From a bacterium (lineage in GTDB: Bacteria > SAR324 > XYD2-FULL-50-16 > G965216635), in NCBI GenBank assembly GCA_965216635.1, contig OZ244188.1:1-64000 (forward strand): a stretch of DNA of 64,000 nt, in the 5' to 3' direction. The notes beneath the pieces were generated by a model that had not been told where the DNA came from, searched no databases, and saw only the letters and a list, made by a program, of their open reading frames with translations. Below are positions 50,634 to 59,328 of the stretch, one piece after another; positions within the stretch are counted from its first letter, which is position 1; each line of letters begins with the position of its first letter. A program made the translations under genes and the position numbers.

Positions 50634-51830
50634 ATGAAAATCATGAAAATAATTAAAAAAAGGACGCTAAAAATAGCGTCAAATGCTTCCAATGGGGCTT
50701 TCCAATGGGCTGGCTTCCAATGGACATTACTGTTAGGTGCGGTTTTGTTGAGTTTTCAGTTTGTAGGAAATCTGCAGGCGCAGGAAGCTCCAGAGATAGT
50801 ATCCCAAAAGGGTTGGTTTGTAGGGGTTAATCCTCTGATTTTTGGGGCGAACAAGATAGAAACCAAAACAACTGTAGTAAGTACAGGAGGAGGAGAAGTT
50901 ACGGTGGGTGATTTGACTGCCGATGGCCGTAACCTTGAATATCGTCGTTTAGAAGACTCGCAAAATATAGCAAGAGATCTTTGTGCGGGCACTTTGCCTA
51001 TGGATACTATGGACGCCTTGGAAATATTTTATCTGGCATCGGACAGAATCGACGCAACAGATCTTGCTTTAGGTAATGGCGGTGTATTTGAAGCTGTTAG
51101 GTTTTGGAAAAACGGAAAAAAACAACTGTTCAGTAGAGATGTAGGTGATTTAGTAGACACAGAGTTAAAAAATGTAAGTCCTATCGCAGACGACGAATGC
51201 GAAAAAGACTTTACTGGATTGCTTTTAGAAGATCAAGCTTCTACTGGTGGCTCTTCAGAAACCAGCACAGGAAAAGCCCTAGCGGGCAACGGCTTGCAAG
51301 TGGGCTACAGAGACGGTGACTATAGATATTCTCTTTCAAACTTCTCTTGGGCAGCTGGAGCAGATAAGCTAGATTCCCAAGTGCTTTTGCTAGAGTATTT
51401 TATAGCTAAGGGTTTTTCGGCGGGAATAGGAGTGGCGAATGTTAAGCTAGATTCTAGTGCTGGACTCCATTCACAAAGAGCTAATGTTTATAGTTTGAGC
51501 TACCATTACCCTATCTGGAAAAATCTTTTTGTAGAAGCGAGCTATATGCTTATCTCAGCCGATATTTCCGTGCAAAAAGAGGAGCTAAAAGTATTTGAAG
51601 AAGTCAATCAAACAGATACCAGAGAGATAGGGTTTTATGTGAATCAATCAACGTCTACTGGAAATCCAATATTTGCTCTTAATTGGACAGAGGTAGGAAC
51701 ATTACGCGATAACAGAGTTACCGTAACCCGAACCCAAACCAGAGCAGCTACCACAAGAGCAACCACAAAATCAGTGAAAATAAAAAACCCAGCTGCCTTT
51801 AGAATAAATTTCATCTGGCGCTTTTTTTAA
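50634..51830 (+). CDS. Outer-membrane beta-barrel protein with variable loop insertions (paralog 2)
   Basis: Same signal peptide; GWFVGVNP; GFSAGIG; FVEASYML; ends FRINFIWRFF. Confidence 0.8.
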   Translation: MKIMKIIKKRTLKIASNASNGAFQWAGFQWTLLLGAVLLSFQFVGNLQAQEAPEIVSQKGWFVGVNPLIFGANKIETKTTVVSTGGGEVTVGDLTADGRNLEYRRLEDSQNIARDLCAGTLPMDTMDALEIFYLASDRIDATDLALGNGGVFEAVRFWKNGKKQLFSRDVGDLVDTELKNVSPIADDECEKDFTGLLLEDQASTGGSSETSTGKALAGNGLQVGYRDGDYRYSLSNFSWAAGADKLDSQVLLLEYFIAKGFSAGIGVANVKLDSSAGLHSQRANVYSLSYHYPIWKNLFVEASYMLISADISVQKEELKVFEEVNQTDTREIGFYVNQSTSTGNPIFALNWTEVGTLRDNRVTVTRTQTRAATTRATTKSVKIKNPAAFRINFIWRFF

Positions 51831-51833
51831 GAA

Positions 51834-51915
51834 CCTGTAGGGGATGTTTTTTTAAAAATCTGCAGGGGACATTTTTTTTGCTTTGCAAAAAATGTGTCCC
51901 CGTTCTTAAAGAAGA
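51834..51915. repeat. REP-like cluster (family B)
   Basis: CCTGTAGGGGATG...GCAGGGGACATTTTTTTTGCTTTGCAAAAAATGTGTCCCCGTTCTTAAAGAAG. Confidence 0.8.
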
Positions 51916-52060
51916 ACCGTTTCGTCAAAGGAACTTCCGTCAAGGGAGTTTCTTTTAAGAACGTTTCTTAAAAGAAGCTTCTTTTAAGCCCATAAATAGG
52001 TTTAAAAGGTAAACTTCTGTAAGCAAATTCAAAAGTCTATATTATCTAAGAATTTTATAA

Positions 52061-52732
52061 ATGAAACCATTATTTACTCTGTTCATTCTTCTTTTCACAC
52101 TAATCTATTTTTGTGTTATTTTTTATTGGTCTCCTTTAGAAATCAACCAAGGTTATGTGCAAAAAATTATGTATTTGCATGTTCCTTCTATTTTTATGGC
52201 TTATCTGGCTATCTTTGGGGTTTTTATTTTTTCCACCGGTTATCTTTGGAAGCCCAATGAAACTTACGATATGTTCTCTATTGCCTTTGCTGAATTGGGA
52301 GTTCTTTTTAGCTTAATAGCTCTGATTAGTGGATCTATTTGGGGAAAACCTACTTGGAATACTTACTGGACTTGGGATGCTCGGATTACTTTTACTCTAA
52401 TTTTGTTTTTAATTTTTGTGGGCTATTCTTTGTTACGCCATCTAGCAGACGAATCTGTCGCTATAGCAAAAGCTTCAGCTATTATTGGGATTTGTGGTTT
52501 TTTTTCAGTGCCTTTGAACCATTTGGCTGTAAAATGGTGGCGAACTCTACACCAACCTTCTAGCATTTTTTCGCAAAAAAATAGTATTTCTGCAGAATTG
52601 AAGTATTTTTTATTATTTAGCTTCGTTTATTTTTTGTGCTTGTTGTGTTTTATGTTTTTCGCTCGTTTGCGATTGGAACAGCAAAAAAGAAAGTGGAAGA
52701 GGAGTTTGTTTCTCCTCCGCCAAAACCACTAA
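52061..52732 (+). CDS. ccmC: Cytochrome c maturation protein CcmC
   Basis: YLHVP, GSIWGKPTWNTYWTWDAR (WWD domain), WWRTLHQ. Confidence 0.92.
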   Translation: MKPLFTLFILLFTLIYFCVIFYWSPLEINQGYVQKIMYLHVPSIFMAYLAIFGVFIFSTGYLWKPNETYDMFSIAFAELGVLFSLIALISGSIWGKPTWNTYWTWDARITFTLILFLIFVGYSLLRHLADESVAIAKASAIIGICGFFSVPLNHLAVKWWRTLHQPSSIFSQKNSISAELKYFLLFSFVYFLCLLCFMFFARLRLEQQKRKWKRSLFLLRQNH

Positions 52733-52747
52733 TAAAATAATTGGATT

Positions 52748-52867
52748 ATGCCCCACAACTTTGAATTCGTTTTTTCTGCGTTCTCTATTAGCTTTTTACT
52801 AGTTTTTTGTTATTTGCTGTGTGTTTTTTGGCAGACAAGGAAGTTGAAGAAAAATCTCAAAAAATAA
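52748..52867 (+). CDS. ccmD: Heme exporter protein CcmD-like (39 aa)
   Basis: MPHNFEFVFSAFSISFLLVFCYLLCVFWQTRKLKKNLKK: TM plus basic tail, located between ccmC and ccmE. Confidence 0.7.
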   Translation: MPHNFEFVFSAFSISFLLVFCYLLCVFWQTRKLKKNLKK

Positions 52868-52871
52868 TAAT

Positions 52872-53306
52872 ATGCTTACTAAACGAAGTCGCCTAGCGAT
52901 TGCTATTATTTTGATTATAGGAGTATCTATTGCCCTATTTGCTTCCTTGAGCCGTAATCAAATAACCTATTTTTATACCGTAGAAGAGGTCCTCCAAAAT
53001 AGAGAGAATTTTCAGAAAAAAAAAATCCGTGTTTTGGGTTTAGTAGAAAAAGACACTGTGTTCTGGTCTGCTAAAGATACTAAACTGGAATTTTTTATTT
53101 CAGAAAACGGCAAAGACAAATTACAAGTAGTTTATACAGGTATCAAGCCAGATTTATTTCGTGAAGGACAAGGTGCGGTCGTGGAAGGCGTTATACAAGG
53201 AGATTTTTTTGCAGCAGATACTCTTTTAGTGAAACATAGCGAGGAATACAGAGTAGAGGATCACGATAAGAAAAAATCTAATTATCTAAAATCTATCACT
53301 GAATGA
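52872..53306 (+). CDS. ccmE: Heme chaperone CcmE
   Basis: YFYTVEE, YTGIKPDLFREGQGAVVEG, LLVKHSEEY. Confidence 0.93.
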   Translation: MLTKRSRLAIAIILIIGVSIALFASLSRNQITYFYTVEEVLQNRENFQKKKIRVLGLVEKDTVFWSAKDTKLEFFISENGKDKLQVVYTGIKPDLFREGQGAVVEGVIQGDFFAADTLLVKHSEEYRVEDHDKKKSNYLKSITE

Positions 53307-54139
53307 AAAAAAAATATTACTATTGGTTACTGTTTTCAATCTCTCTGCTTGTCTTAGTGTCTATTTTTGGGTTTGGTTTATTTTTTGCTGAAGATCCCAA
53401 AACAATTCCTTCCAATTTACTACAAAAACCTGCTCCCAATTTTTTAGTTAAAACTTTCAAAGGGAATGAAATAGAACTCAAAGCACTGCGAGGAAAACCT
53501 GTGATTTTAAATTTCTTTGCTAGTTGGTGTGTGCCTTGCCGTAGAGAATTTATAGAACAAGAAGAGGCTTGGCAAAATTATAAAAATCAAGCTCATTTTT
53601 TAGCGATTGCAGTCAACGACAGCACAGAAGCGGCTAAAAAATTCGTGGTGCAGACTGGGGCAACTTTTCATACCGCCAAAGACGATGAAGACGGAAATAT
53701 TGCTTTGGAATACGGAGTAACAGGTATTCCTGAAACTTTTTTTATTGATGTCCAAGGCACTATCCAAGAAAAATTTAGCGGTGCTATCAACAGGGAAATA
53801 ATAGAAAATTTTTTACAAATACAAACCAGTCAATTAGAAGATAGAGTTTTAAAGGTAGCACATCTTTTGCGATGCCCCATCTGTCAAGGGCTTTCTGTTA
53901 AAGAATCCCAAGATCAAATTTCTTTAAATATGAAAAAAAAAATCCGCGAACTTATGATAGCGGGGAAAAGCAAAGAGGAAATTCTTGTTTTTTTTGAAGA
54001 AAGATACGGTGAGTGGATTTTGAGAAATCCTAAAAAGGCTGGTTTTAATGTGAGTTTGTGGATGCTGCCCTTTGGAGTAATATTAGGAGCTATATTTTTA
54101 GTGGGTTATTTTTTAAGAAAAAAAATCCACAACCAATAG
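53303..54139 (+). CDS. CcmG/TlpA thioredoxin fused to the CcmH N-terminal domain
   Basis: NFFASWCVPC..GIPETF, then LRCPICQG...ERYGEWIL..P and a TM helix. Confidence 0.88.
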   Translation: MKKKYYYWLLFSISLLVLVSIFGFGLFFAEDPKTIPSNLLQKPAPNFLVKTFKGNEIELKALRGKPVILNFFASWCVPCRREFIEQEEAWQNYKNQAHFLAIAVNDSTEAAKKFVVQTGATFHTAKDDEDGNIALEYGVTGIPETFFIDVQGTIQEKFSGAINREIIENFLQIQTSQLEDRVLKVAHLLRCPICQGLSVKESQDQISLNMKKKIRELMIAGKSKEEILVFFEERYGEWILRNPKKAGFNVSLWMLPFGVILGAIFLVGYFLRKKIHNQ

Positions 54140-54190
54140 TGCCCAATAATAGTGTCCGACAATAGTACCTGATTTCCAAGAAATATCTAC

Positions 54191-54349
54191 AGGGATATTT
54201 TTTGCCAATTATTTATGTAGGGGACATTTTTTTTACCCCAACCTGAATGGGACATTTTTTTTGCTTTGCAAAAAATGTGTCCCCGTTCTTAGAGAAGGGG
54301 TTTTTGCGGGGACACATTTTTATCTACCGATAAAAAAATGTCCCCTGCA
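54191..54349. repeat. BIME-like cluster of family B REP-like palindromes in both orientations
   Basis: GTAGGGGACATTTT.., GGGACATTTTTTTTGCTTTGCAAAAAATGTGTCCCC, GGGGACACATTTTT..AAAAAAATGTCCCCTGC. Confidence 0.8.
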
Positions 54350-54380
54350 ATATTTTTGTGATTTTTCTTTTTTTTTAGTG

Positions 54381-54409
54381 TTGACTTTAAGGGATCTTTT
54401 GATTATTAT
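54381..54409 (+). promoter_or_regulatory. sigma70-like promoter of OMP paralog 3
   Basis: TTGACT-N17-TATTAT. Confidence 0.55.
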
Positions 54410-54476
54410 GAGATTTTTAGATAGATTTAAGATCTATATTTCTTTTCTTTATGTTTAATTTAAATTAAAAAATAAA

Positions 54477-55640
54477 ATGCCAAATAAAATGAATAGTAAA
54501 AATTTTACTGGTTCGGTTATGGGTAGGTTTGCTGGCTCGGTTAAGGGTATGTTTGCTGGTTCGTTTATGGCTGTCTTTTTCGTGGGTTTGCTTTTTTCTC
54601 TTGTAGGTGTGGCGAATAGTCTGCAGGCACAGGAAAGACAGCAGGGATTTTTTGTTGGTGCTAGTCCCTATTCTTTTATAGGTGCAAAAATAAAAAAATC
54701 AACATCCGCAGTAGTAACTGGCACTGCAGCCTTTGAATATCAAGCTACTATTGATAATGATCCAAATGTTTCTGGATTTGAAAACAATACTTTTGGGGCG
54801 ATAAACTCTTCCATAACCGATGAAGAGGCGAAACAGTCTTTAATTAGAGGAGCCATAGAGCTTTGTAAGCAAGGAACTGCTACTACGGATATATTACTAG
54901 ACGTTAACATTCCGCTTGACCCAAACGACACAGTGTCAAATCCTACCTACCCTAACCCAAATACTGCAGATTTTTATATTGGATACCAAGGAAGCTTGGC
55001 AACAGGTTCAGCCAAAACTACAGAAATCTGTCATCTTCCAGCATCAGGTACATTTTCTAATACTCTTGCTGTAGCAGCCACAGAGTCATCGGAATCCTTG
55101 CAAGGAGGTTTGGCATTCCAGTTTGGCTATAATCTTGAAAAATATAGAGTTTCTTTGACAAACTTTAGCAGTAAAGGAGGAGGCACAACGTTGACAAATA
55201 ATCTAGTGCTGGCGGATTGGTTTTTAGCTCAAGGATTTTATGCAGGGGTTGGTGTTACTAACGCAAGGCTAGAAACAGAGATAGGCTCCCAAACCAAGAC
55301 AGCTGCTGCTTTTAACCTTGGATATTCACGTAAGATAGGAAATTTACAACTAGAAGCGGGCTACCTTGTTTTAAATAGCAGTTTTGCTTTACAAAAAGAA
55401 ACAGACCGACAAACAGTAGTAGCCCGAGGCACTGCTGAAACACAAACACTAGGTGAAACTAACAACCTTAGGAATAGAATTGGAGGATTTCAAACCAATA
55501 CTAGTGTTTCTCCTGTCTACCTATCAATTGTAGAAGTTACGAGAACTCCAACTGCTACTGAGACTGAGATTGAGACTACAAAGATAGAACTCCAACCACA
55601 AAAAATTATCTATTTCCGCCTAATCTATAAATTTCATTAA
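54477..55640 (+). CDS. Outer-membrane beta-barrel protein with variable loop insertions (paralog 3)
   Basis: ..SLQA|Q; GFFVGASPY; GFYAGVG; LEAGYLVL; ends YFRLIYKFH. Confidence 0.8.
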   Translation: MPNKMNSKNFTGSVMGRFAGSVKGMFAGSFMAVFFVGLLFSLVGVANSLQAQERQQGFFVGASPYSFIGAKIKKSTSAVVTGTAAFEYQATIDNDPNVSGFENNTFGAINSSITDEEAKQSLIRGAIELCKQGTATTDILLDVNIPLDPNDTVSNPTYPNPNTADFYIGYQGSLATGSAKTTEICHLPASGTFSNTLAVAATESSESLQGGLAFQFGYNLEKYRVSLTNFSSKGGGTTLTNNLVLADWFLAQGFYAGVGVTNARLETEIGSQTKTAAAFNLGYSRKIGNLQLEAGYLVLNSSFALQKETDRQTVVARGTAETQTLGETNNLRNRIGGFQTNTSVSPVYLSIVEVTRTPTATETEIETTKIELQPQKIIYFRLIYKFH

Positions 55641-55660
55641 GCAAAACCACAAAAACACCG

Positions 55661-55731
55661 TCTTCTTTAAGAACGGGGACACATTTTCACCCAAAATGGT
55701 TGCTTAGTCAACCATCTGGAGCAAAAAAAAT
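55661..55731. repeat. Family B REP-like element, inverted orientation
   Basis: CTTCTTTAAGAACGGGGACACATTTT plus the same inner hairpin as at about 50251. Confidence 0.8.
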
Positions 55732-56161
55732 GGGAAAACTAGAAAAAATCTGGCTCAAAAGAGCGAAATTAGGGGTTATGGATGAAGTTCCAAAAGCAGA
55801 ATTGAAGGCAAAAGTAGGTTTAGTGGACAACCTAGAAAAAAACATTTTCAGACAAATCACTATTATGGAAAAAGAAATTTGGGATAGTTTAATGGAATCT
55901 TTAGGGGGCGAGCTTGTTCCTCAAACTAGAAGAGCTAATCTTATGGTGAGTGGTATTAGCTTAGTCCATAGTCGGAAAAAGATATTGGTTATCGGGAAGT
56001 GTGAAATTCAAATTTTCGGAGAGACAAAACCTTGTGAAAGAATGGACGAAGCTATGGACGGCTTACAAAACCTTATGCGTCCCAATTGGAAAGGAGGGGC
56101 TTTTGGGAAAGCCTTATCCGGTGGAATTATTTCGCAAGGAGATGAAGTTTATTGGAAATGA
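55730..56161 (+). CDS. MOSC domain protein
   Basis: RQITI, RRANLMVSG, ETKPCERM; likely start MGKLEK because the ORF-track extension is in a repeat. Confidence 0.85.
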   Translation: MGKLEKIWLKRAKLGVMDEVPKAELKAKVGLVDNLEKNIFRQITIMEKEIWDSLMESLGGELVPQTRRANLMVSGISLVHSRKKILVIGKCEIQIFGETKPCERMDEAMDGLQNLMRPNWKGGAFGKALSGGIISQGDEVYWK

Positions 56162-56475
56162 AAAAAATTCACTCAACTGGCAAACAGTCTACTGGCAAAC
56201 AATCTACTGCCAAACAGTCTACTGGCAAACAGTCTACTGGAAAACAATCTACTAATATTAAGGGGATTATTAAGTTGACTTTTACTTGGTCTTATCTTAT
56301 ATCCCTTTTAATTTCTGCAGCCGCCATATTTCGTTACGCTCATATTCAGCAACTAAAGCCCGGATTTATTTTATTCTCTTTTGCGATGAAGTTTTTTGTA
56401 TTTTCTTTTTTGCTTAGTTGGATTTGCTTATTTATTATTTTTTTTGTGATGGCAAAATTCCAAAAAAAGATGTAG
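56158..56475 (+). CDS. 2-TM membrane protein with N-terminal (STGKQ)x5
   Basis: ATGA overlap with the MOSC stop; 15-bp repeat at 56173..56253 varies mostly at synonymous positions. Confidence 0.65.
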   Translation: MKKIHSTGKQSTGKQSTAKQSTGKQSTGKQSTNIKGIIKLTFTWSYLISLLISAAAIFRYAHIQQLKPGFILFSFAMKFFVFSFLLSWICLFIIFFVMAKFQKKM

Positions 56476-56504
56476 CTTATTATTTTGATAACAGAAATAT
56501 TAGT

Positions 56505-57920
56505 ATGGAAGAATTTGATTTAGTAATAATAGGCTCAGGTCCTGGCGGCTATGTTTGTGCTATTAGGGCAGCACAGAATGGATTAAAAACAGCTCTAGTA
56601 GAAAAATACTCTTGTTTTGGAGGAACTTGCTTGAATGTTGGTTGTATTCCTTCCAAAAGTCTGCTGCATTCTAGCGAACTTTATGAAAAAGCAATCACAG
56701 ATTTTCCTCGTTATGGAATAGAGGTGGATGGGGTGCGGCTGAATTGGGGAAAGATGCAAGCAGCGAAAAATAAAGTTGTCGCTAATAGCAACGAGGGTAT
56801 AAAATACCTATTCAAAAAAAATAAGGTTACCCATTTAGAAGGAGTAGCTTCTTTTGTGGCTAAAAACGAAATCCAAGTAACTACTGTTAAAGAAAAAACC
56901 TCTATAAAAACTAAAAACATTGTTATTGCTAGTGGATCTAAACCGAGCGAACTTGATCGAATCAAACTAGATAAAAAAAGAATTATTAGCTCTACCGAGG
57001 CTTTGTCTTTAGAAGAGGTGCCTGAAAAAATGCTTGTTGTAGGAGGGGGTGTTATCGGCTGTGAGTTAGCTTCTATCTATAGTAGGCTGGGTAGTAAGGT
57101 TAGTATTATAGAATATGCAGATTCTATTCTGCCTACAATGGATAAAGAGCTGGGAAAAGTTTTGCAAAATTCACTTAAAAAAATTGGTATAAAATTTTTT
57201 TTATCGCATTCTGTCGCTGAATCCGAAATAAAAGAAAACTCTGTTATCCTTCACGCGAAAGATACAAAAAAAAACAATGTGAGTTGGGAAGCCGATTACT
57301 GTCTACTTGCTGTCGGCAGATGTGCCTATACTACTGGACTTGATTTAGAAAAAATAGGAATAGAAACTAACGCACAGGGAATCATTCCAGTAAATTCTCA
57401 CTTTCAGGTTTCTTTAGGGCAAACTTCTGCACCAAATATTTATGCAATTGGGGATGTAATAGGAGGTTTGATGTTAGCTCATAAAGCAGAAGAAGAAGGA
57501 ATTTTTGTTGCCGATTATTTAAGCGCTAAAACACCTCACATAAATTATGCGACTATTCCCTCCGTTGTCTATACTTTTCCCGAAGTAGCTAGTGTAGGTT
57601 TTTCTGAAGAAGAGTTAAATCAAAAATCTATTTCCTATAAAAAAGGAACTTTTGCTTTTAAGAATTTAGGAAAAGCTAATGCAGCTGGCGAAACAGAAGG
57701 GATGGTAAAGGTTTTAGCAGAATCCAAAACCGATGAAATTTTAGGGGTGCATATTGTAGGCTCTAGGGCTTCCGATTTGATAGCAGAAGCAGTGGTTGCT
57801 ATGGAATATAAAGCATCTGCAGAAGATATAGCGATGAGTAACCACGCACACCCTACTTTTAGCGAGGCTATGAAAGAAGCCTGTATGGATGCGTTTAATG
57901 GCAAACCTATACATAAATAA
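56505..57920 (+). CDS. lpdA: Dihydrolipoamide dehydrogenase
   Basis: GSGPGGY, GGTCLNVGCIPSK, MLAHKA, HAHPTFSE; likely start MEEFD. Confidence 0.95.
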   Translation: MEEFDLVIIGSGPGGYVCAIRAAQNGLKTALVEKYSCFGGTCLNVGCIPSKSLLHSSELYEKAITDFPRYGIEVDGVRLNWGKMQAAKNKVVANSNEGIKYLFKKNKVTHLEGVASFVAKNEIQVTTVKEKTSIKTKNIVIASGSKPSELDRIKLDKKRIISSTEALSLEEVPEKMLVVGGGVIGCELASIYSRLGSKVSIIEYADSILPTMDKELGKVLQNSLKKIGIKFFLSHSVAESEIKENSVILHAKDTKKNNVSWEADYCLLAVGRCAYTTGLDLEKIGIETNAQGIIPVNSHFQVSLGQTSAPNIYAIGDVIGGLMLAHKAEEEGIFVADYLSAKTPHINYATIPSVVYTFPEVASVGFSEEELNQKSISYKKGTFAFKNLGKANAAGETEGMVKVLAESKTDEILGVHIVGSRASDLIAEAVVAMEYKASAEDIAMSNHAHPTFSEAMKEACMDAFNGKPIHK

Positions 57921-57989
57921 TAGCTGACCGAGCCTACTTATAGCATGAGAAATTTACCTTAAAATGAATGAAATTTCAATACTAAACTG

Positions 57990-59306
57990 ATGAAAAAATT
58001 TTTAAAAATTATCATTTATGGGATACTTTCTTTAATCTTATTTTTTATTATAGGAATTATTTCTTACTCTTGGATTCTAAGACCAAAAATTTCTTTAAAA
58101 TTACTAGCACCAAAGGCTAAACTTGAACTTCCAGTACACCTACAATTTTTCCCAGACAATCAAAACCAATTTGTAGTTGTAGAATTGAGCGGGAAAATCA
58201 AATGGTTTTCAAGAAGTAGTCAAACAACAGAAGGGATTGTATTAGATATTAGTGATTCTGTTCGGTTAGAATTTGAAGGAGGTCTATGGTCTATTGCTTT
58301 TGATCCAGAATTTAGAAAAAACAGATATTTCTATGTGTTTTATTCTGTAGCAGAACCTTCCGTTTCAAGAATTTCTAGATTTACAATGAATACTGACTAC
58401 ACTGCTTCTAGAGAAAGCGAATTGATAATTCTTGAAATTAAGCAAAAAAGTGCTTGGCACAACGGAGGGATGTTGCTTTTTGGCAAGGATAAAATGCTTT
58501 ATGCATCTATTGGAGATGATTTATCTCGAAATTTATTACAAACTAGAAAAAGTTTATTAGGTAGCATTATCCGCATTGATGTAAGTGAATCTACAATAGA
58601 TAAACCGTATAAAATTCCACCAGATAACCCTTTTGTTTCAAATATTGATGGCTCTCTAAAAGAAATTTGGGCTTATGGGTTTCGTAATCCTTGGCGATTT
58701 AGCTTTGATAAAAAAACGCAAAAAATGTACTTGGGTGATGTAGGTGCTAATAATGCTGAAGAAGTGGATCTGGTTGAAAAAGGAAAAAATTATGGTTGGC
58801 CCAGAATGGAAGGTAAGCACTGTTTTCCAATAGGTATAAAGGAATGTGAAAAATCAGACCTTACTTTGCCTATTGCATCCTTTCCTAGAATAGTTTCTAG
58901 CTCGGTCACAGGAGGTTATGTTTATAGAGGCTCTTCTATTATTTGGTTAAAAGGAAAATATATCTTTGCAGATCATTTACGTGGACTTTTTAGTATGTCC
59001 AAAGATAACCCGGCTAAAATTATCAGTTACCCTAAATTTTTACTATTTATGCCTAAAGCTAAACACGATCCTATCAAAGGTTACAGAATGTTTTTACCAT
59101 CTCTAGCAGAAGATAAAGCAGGAGAATTATATGTTGTCAATATTGTTGGTTCTGTCTACCAAATAACAGACATAAGTTTTTCTAATAAAGTAAAAGGCTT
59201 TTGGCAAACATTAACAACAGTAAAAGGACATCTTTGGAATGTTGTAAGATTTGTACAAACTTTATTAAAAATAGAAAAAGAAGATATTAGACAACAAGGA
59301 TTTTGA
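57990..59306 (+). CDS. PQQ-dependent sugar dehydrogenase / glucose-sorbosone dehydrogenase-like beta-propeller
   Basis: HNGGML.FG.D..LY.S.GD, IPPDNPF, WAYGFRNPWRFSFD, NYGWP. Confidence 0.88.
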   Translation: MKKFLKIIIYGILSLILFFIIGIISYSWILRPKISLKLLAPKAKLELPVHLQFFPDNQNQFVVVELSGKIKWFSRSSQTTEGIVLDISDSVRLEFEGGLWSIAFDPEFRKNRYFYVFYSVAEPSVSRISRFTMNTDYTASRESELIILEIKQKSAWHNGGMLLFGKDKMLYASIGDDLSRNLLQTRKSLLGSIIRIDVSESTIDKPYKIPPDNPFVSNIDGSLKEIWAYGFRNPWRFSFDKKTQKMYLGDVGANNAEEVDLVEKGKNYGWPRMEGKHCFPIGIKECEKSDLTLPIASFPRIVSSSVTGGYVYRGSSIIWLKGKYIFADHLRGLFSMSKDNPAKIISYPKFLLFMPKAKHDPIKGYRMFLPSLAEDKAGELYVVNIVGSVYQITDISFSNKVKGFWQTLTTVKGHLWNVVRFVQTLLKIEKEDIRQQGF

Positions 59307-59328
59307 ATAAATATAAACCCTTTAAAAA

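Noticed and set aside
49030..55640. Diversity-generating retroelement acting on the OMPs
   Set aside because: No reverse transcriptase and no template/variable repeat pair differing only at adenines were seen.
56173..56253. Histone H3 tail mimicry by the STGKQ repeats
   Set aside because: The resemblance is too short and low-complexity, and there is no secretion signal.
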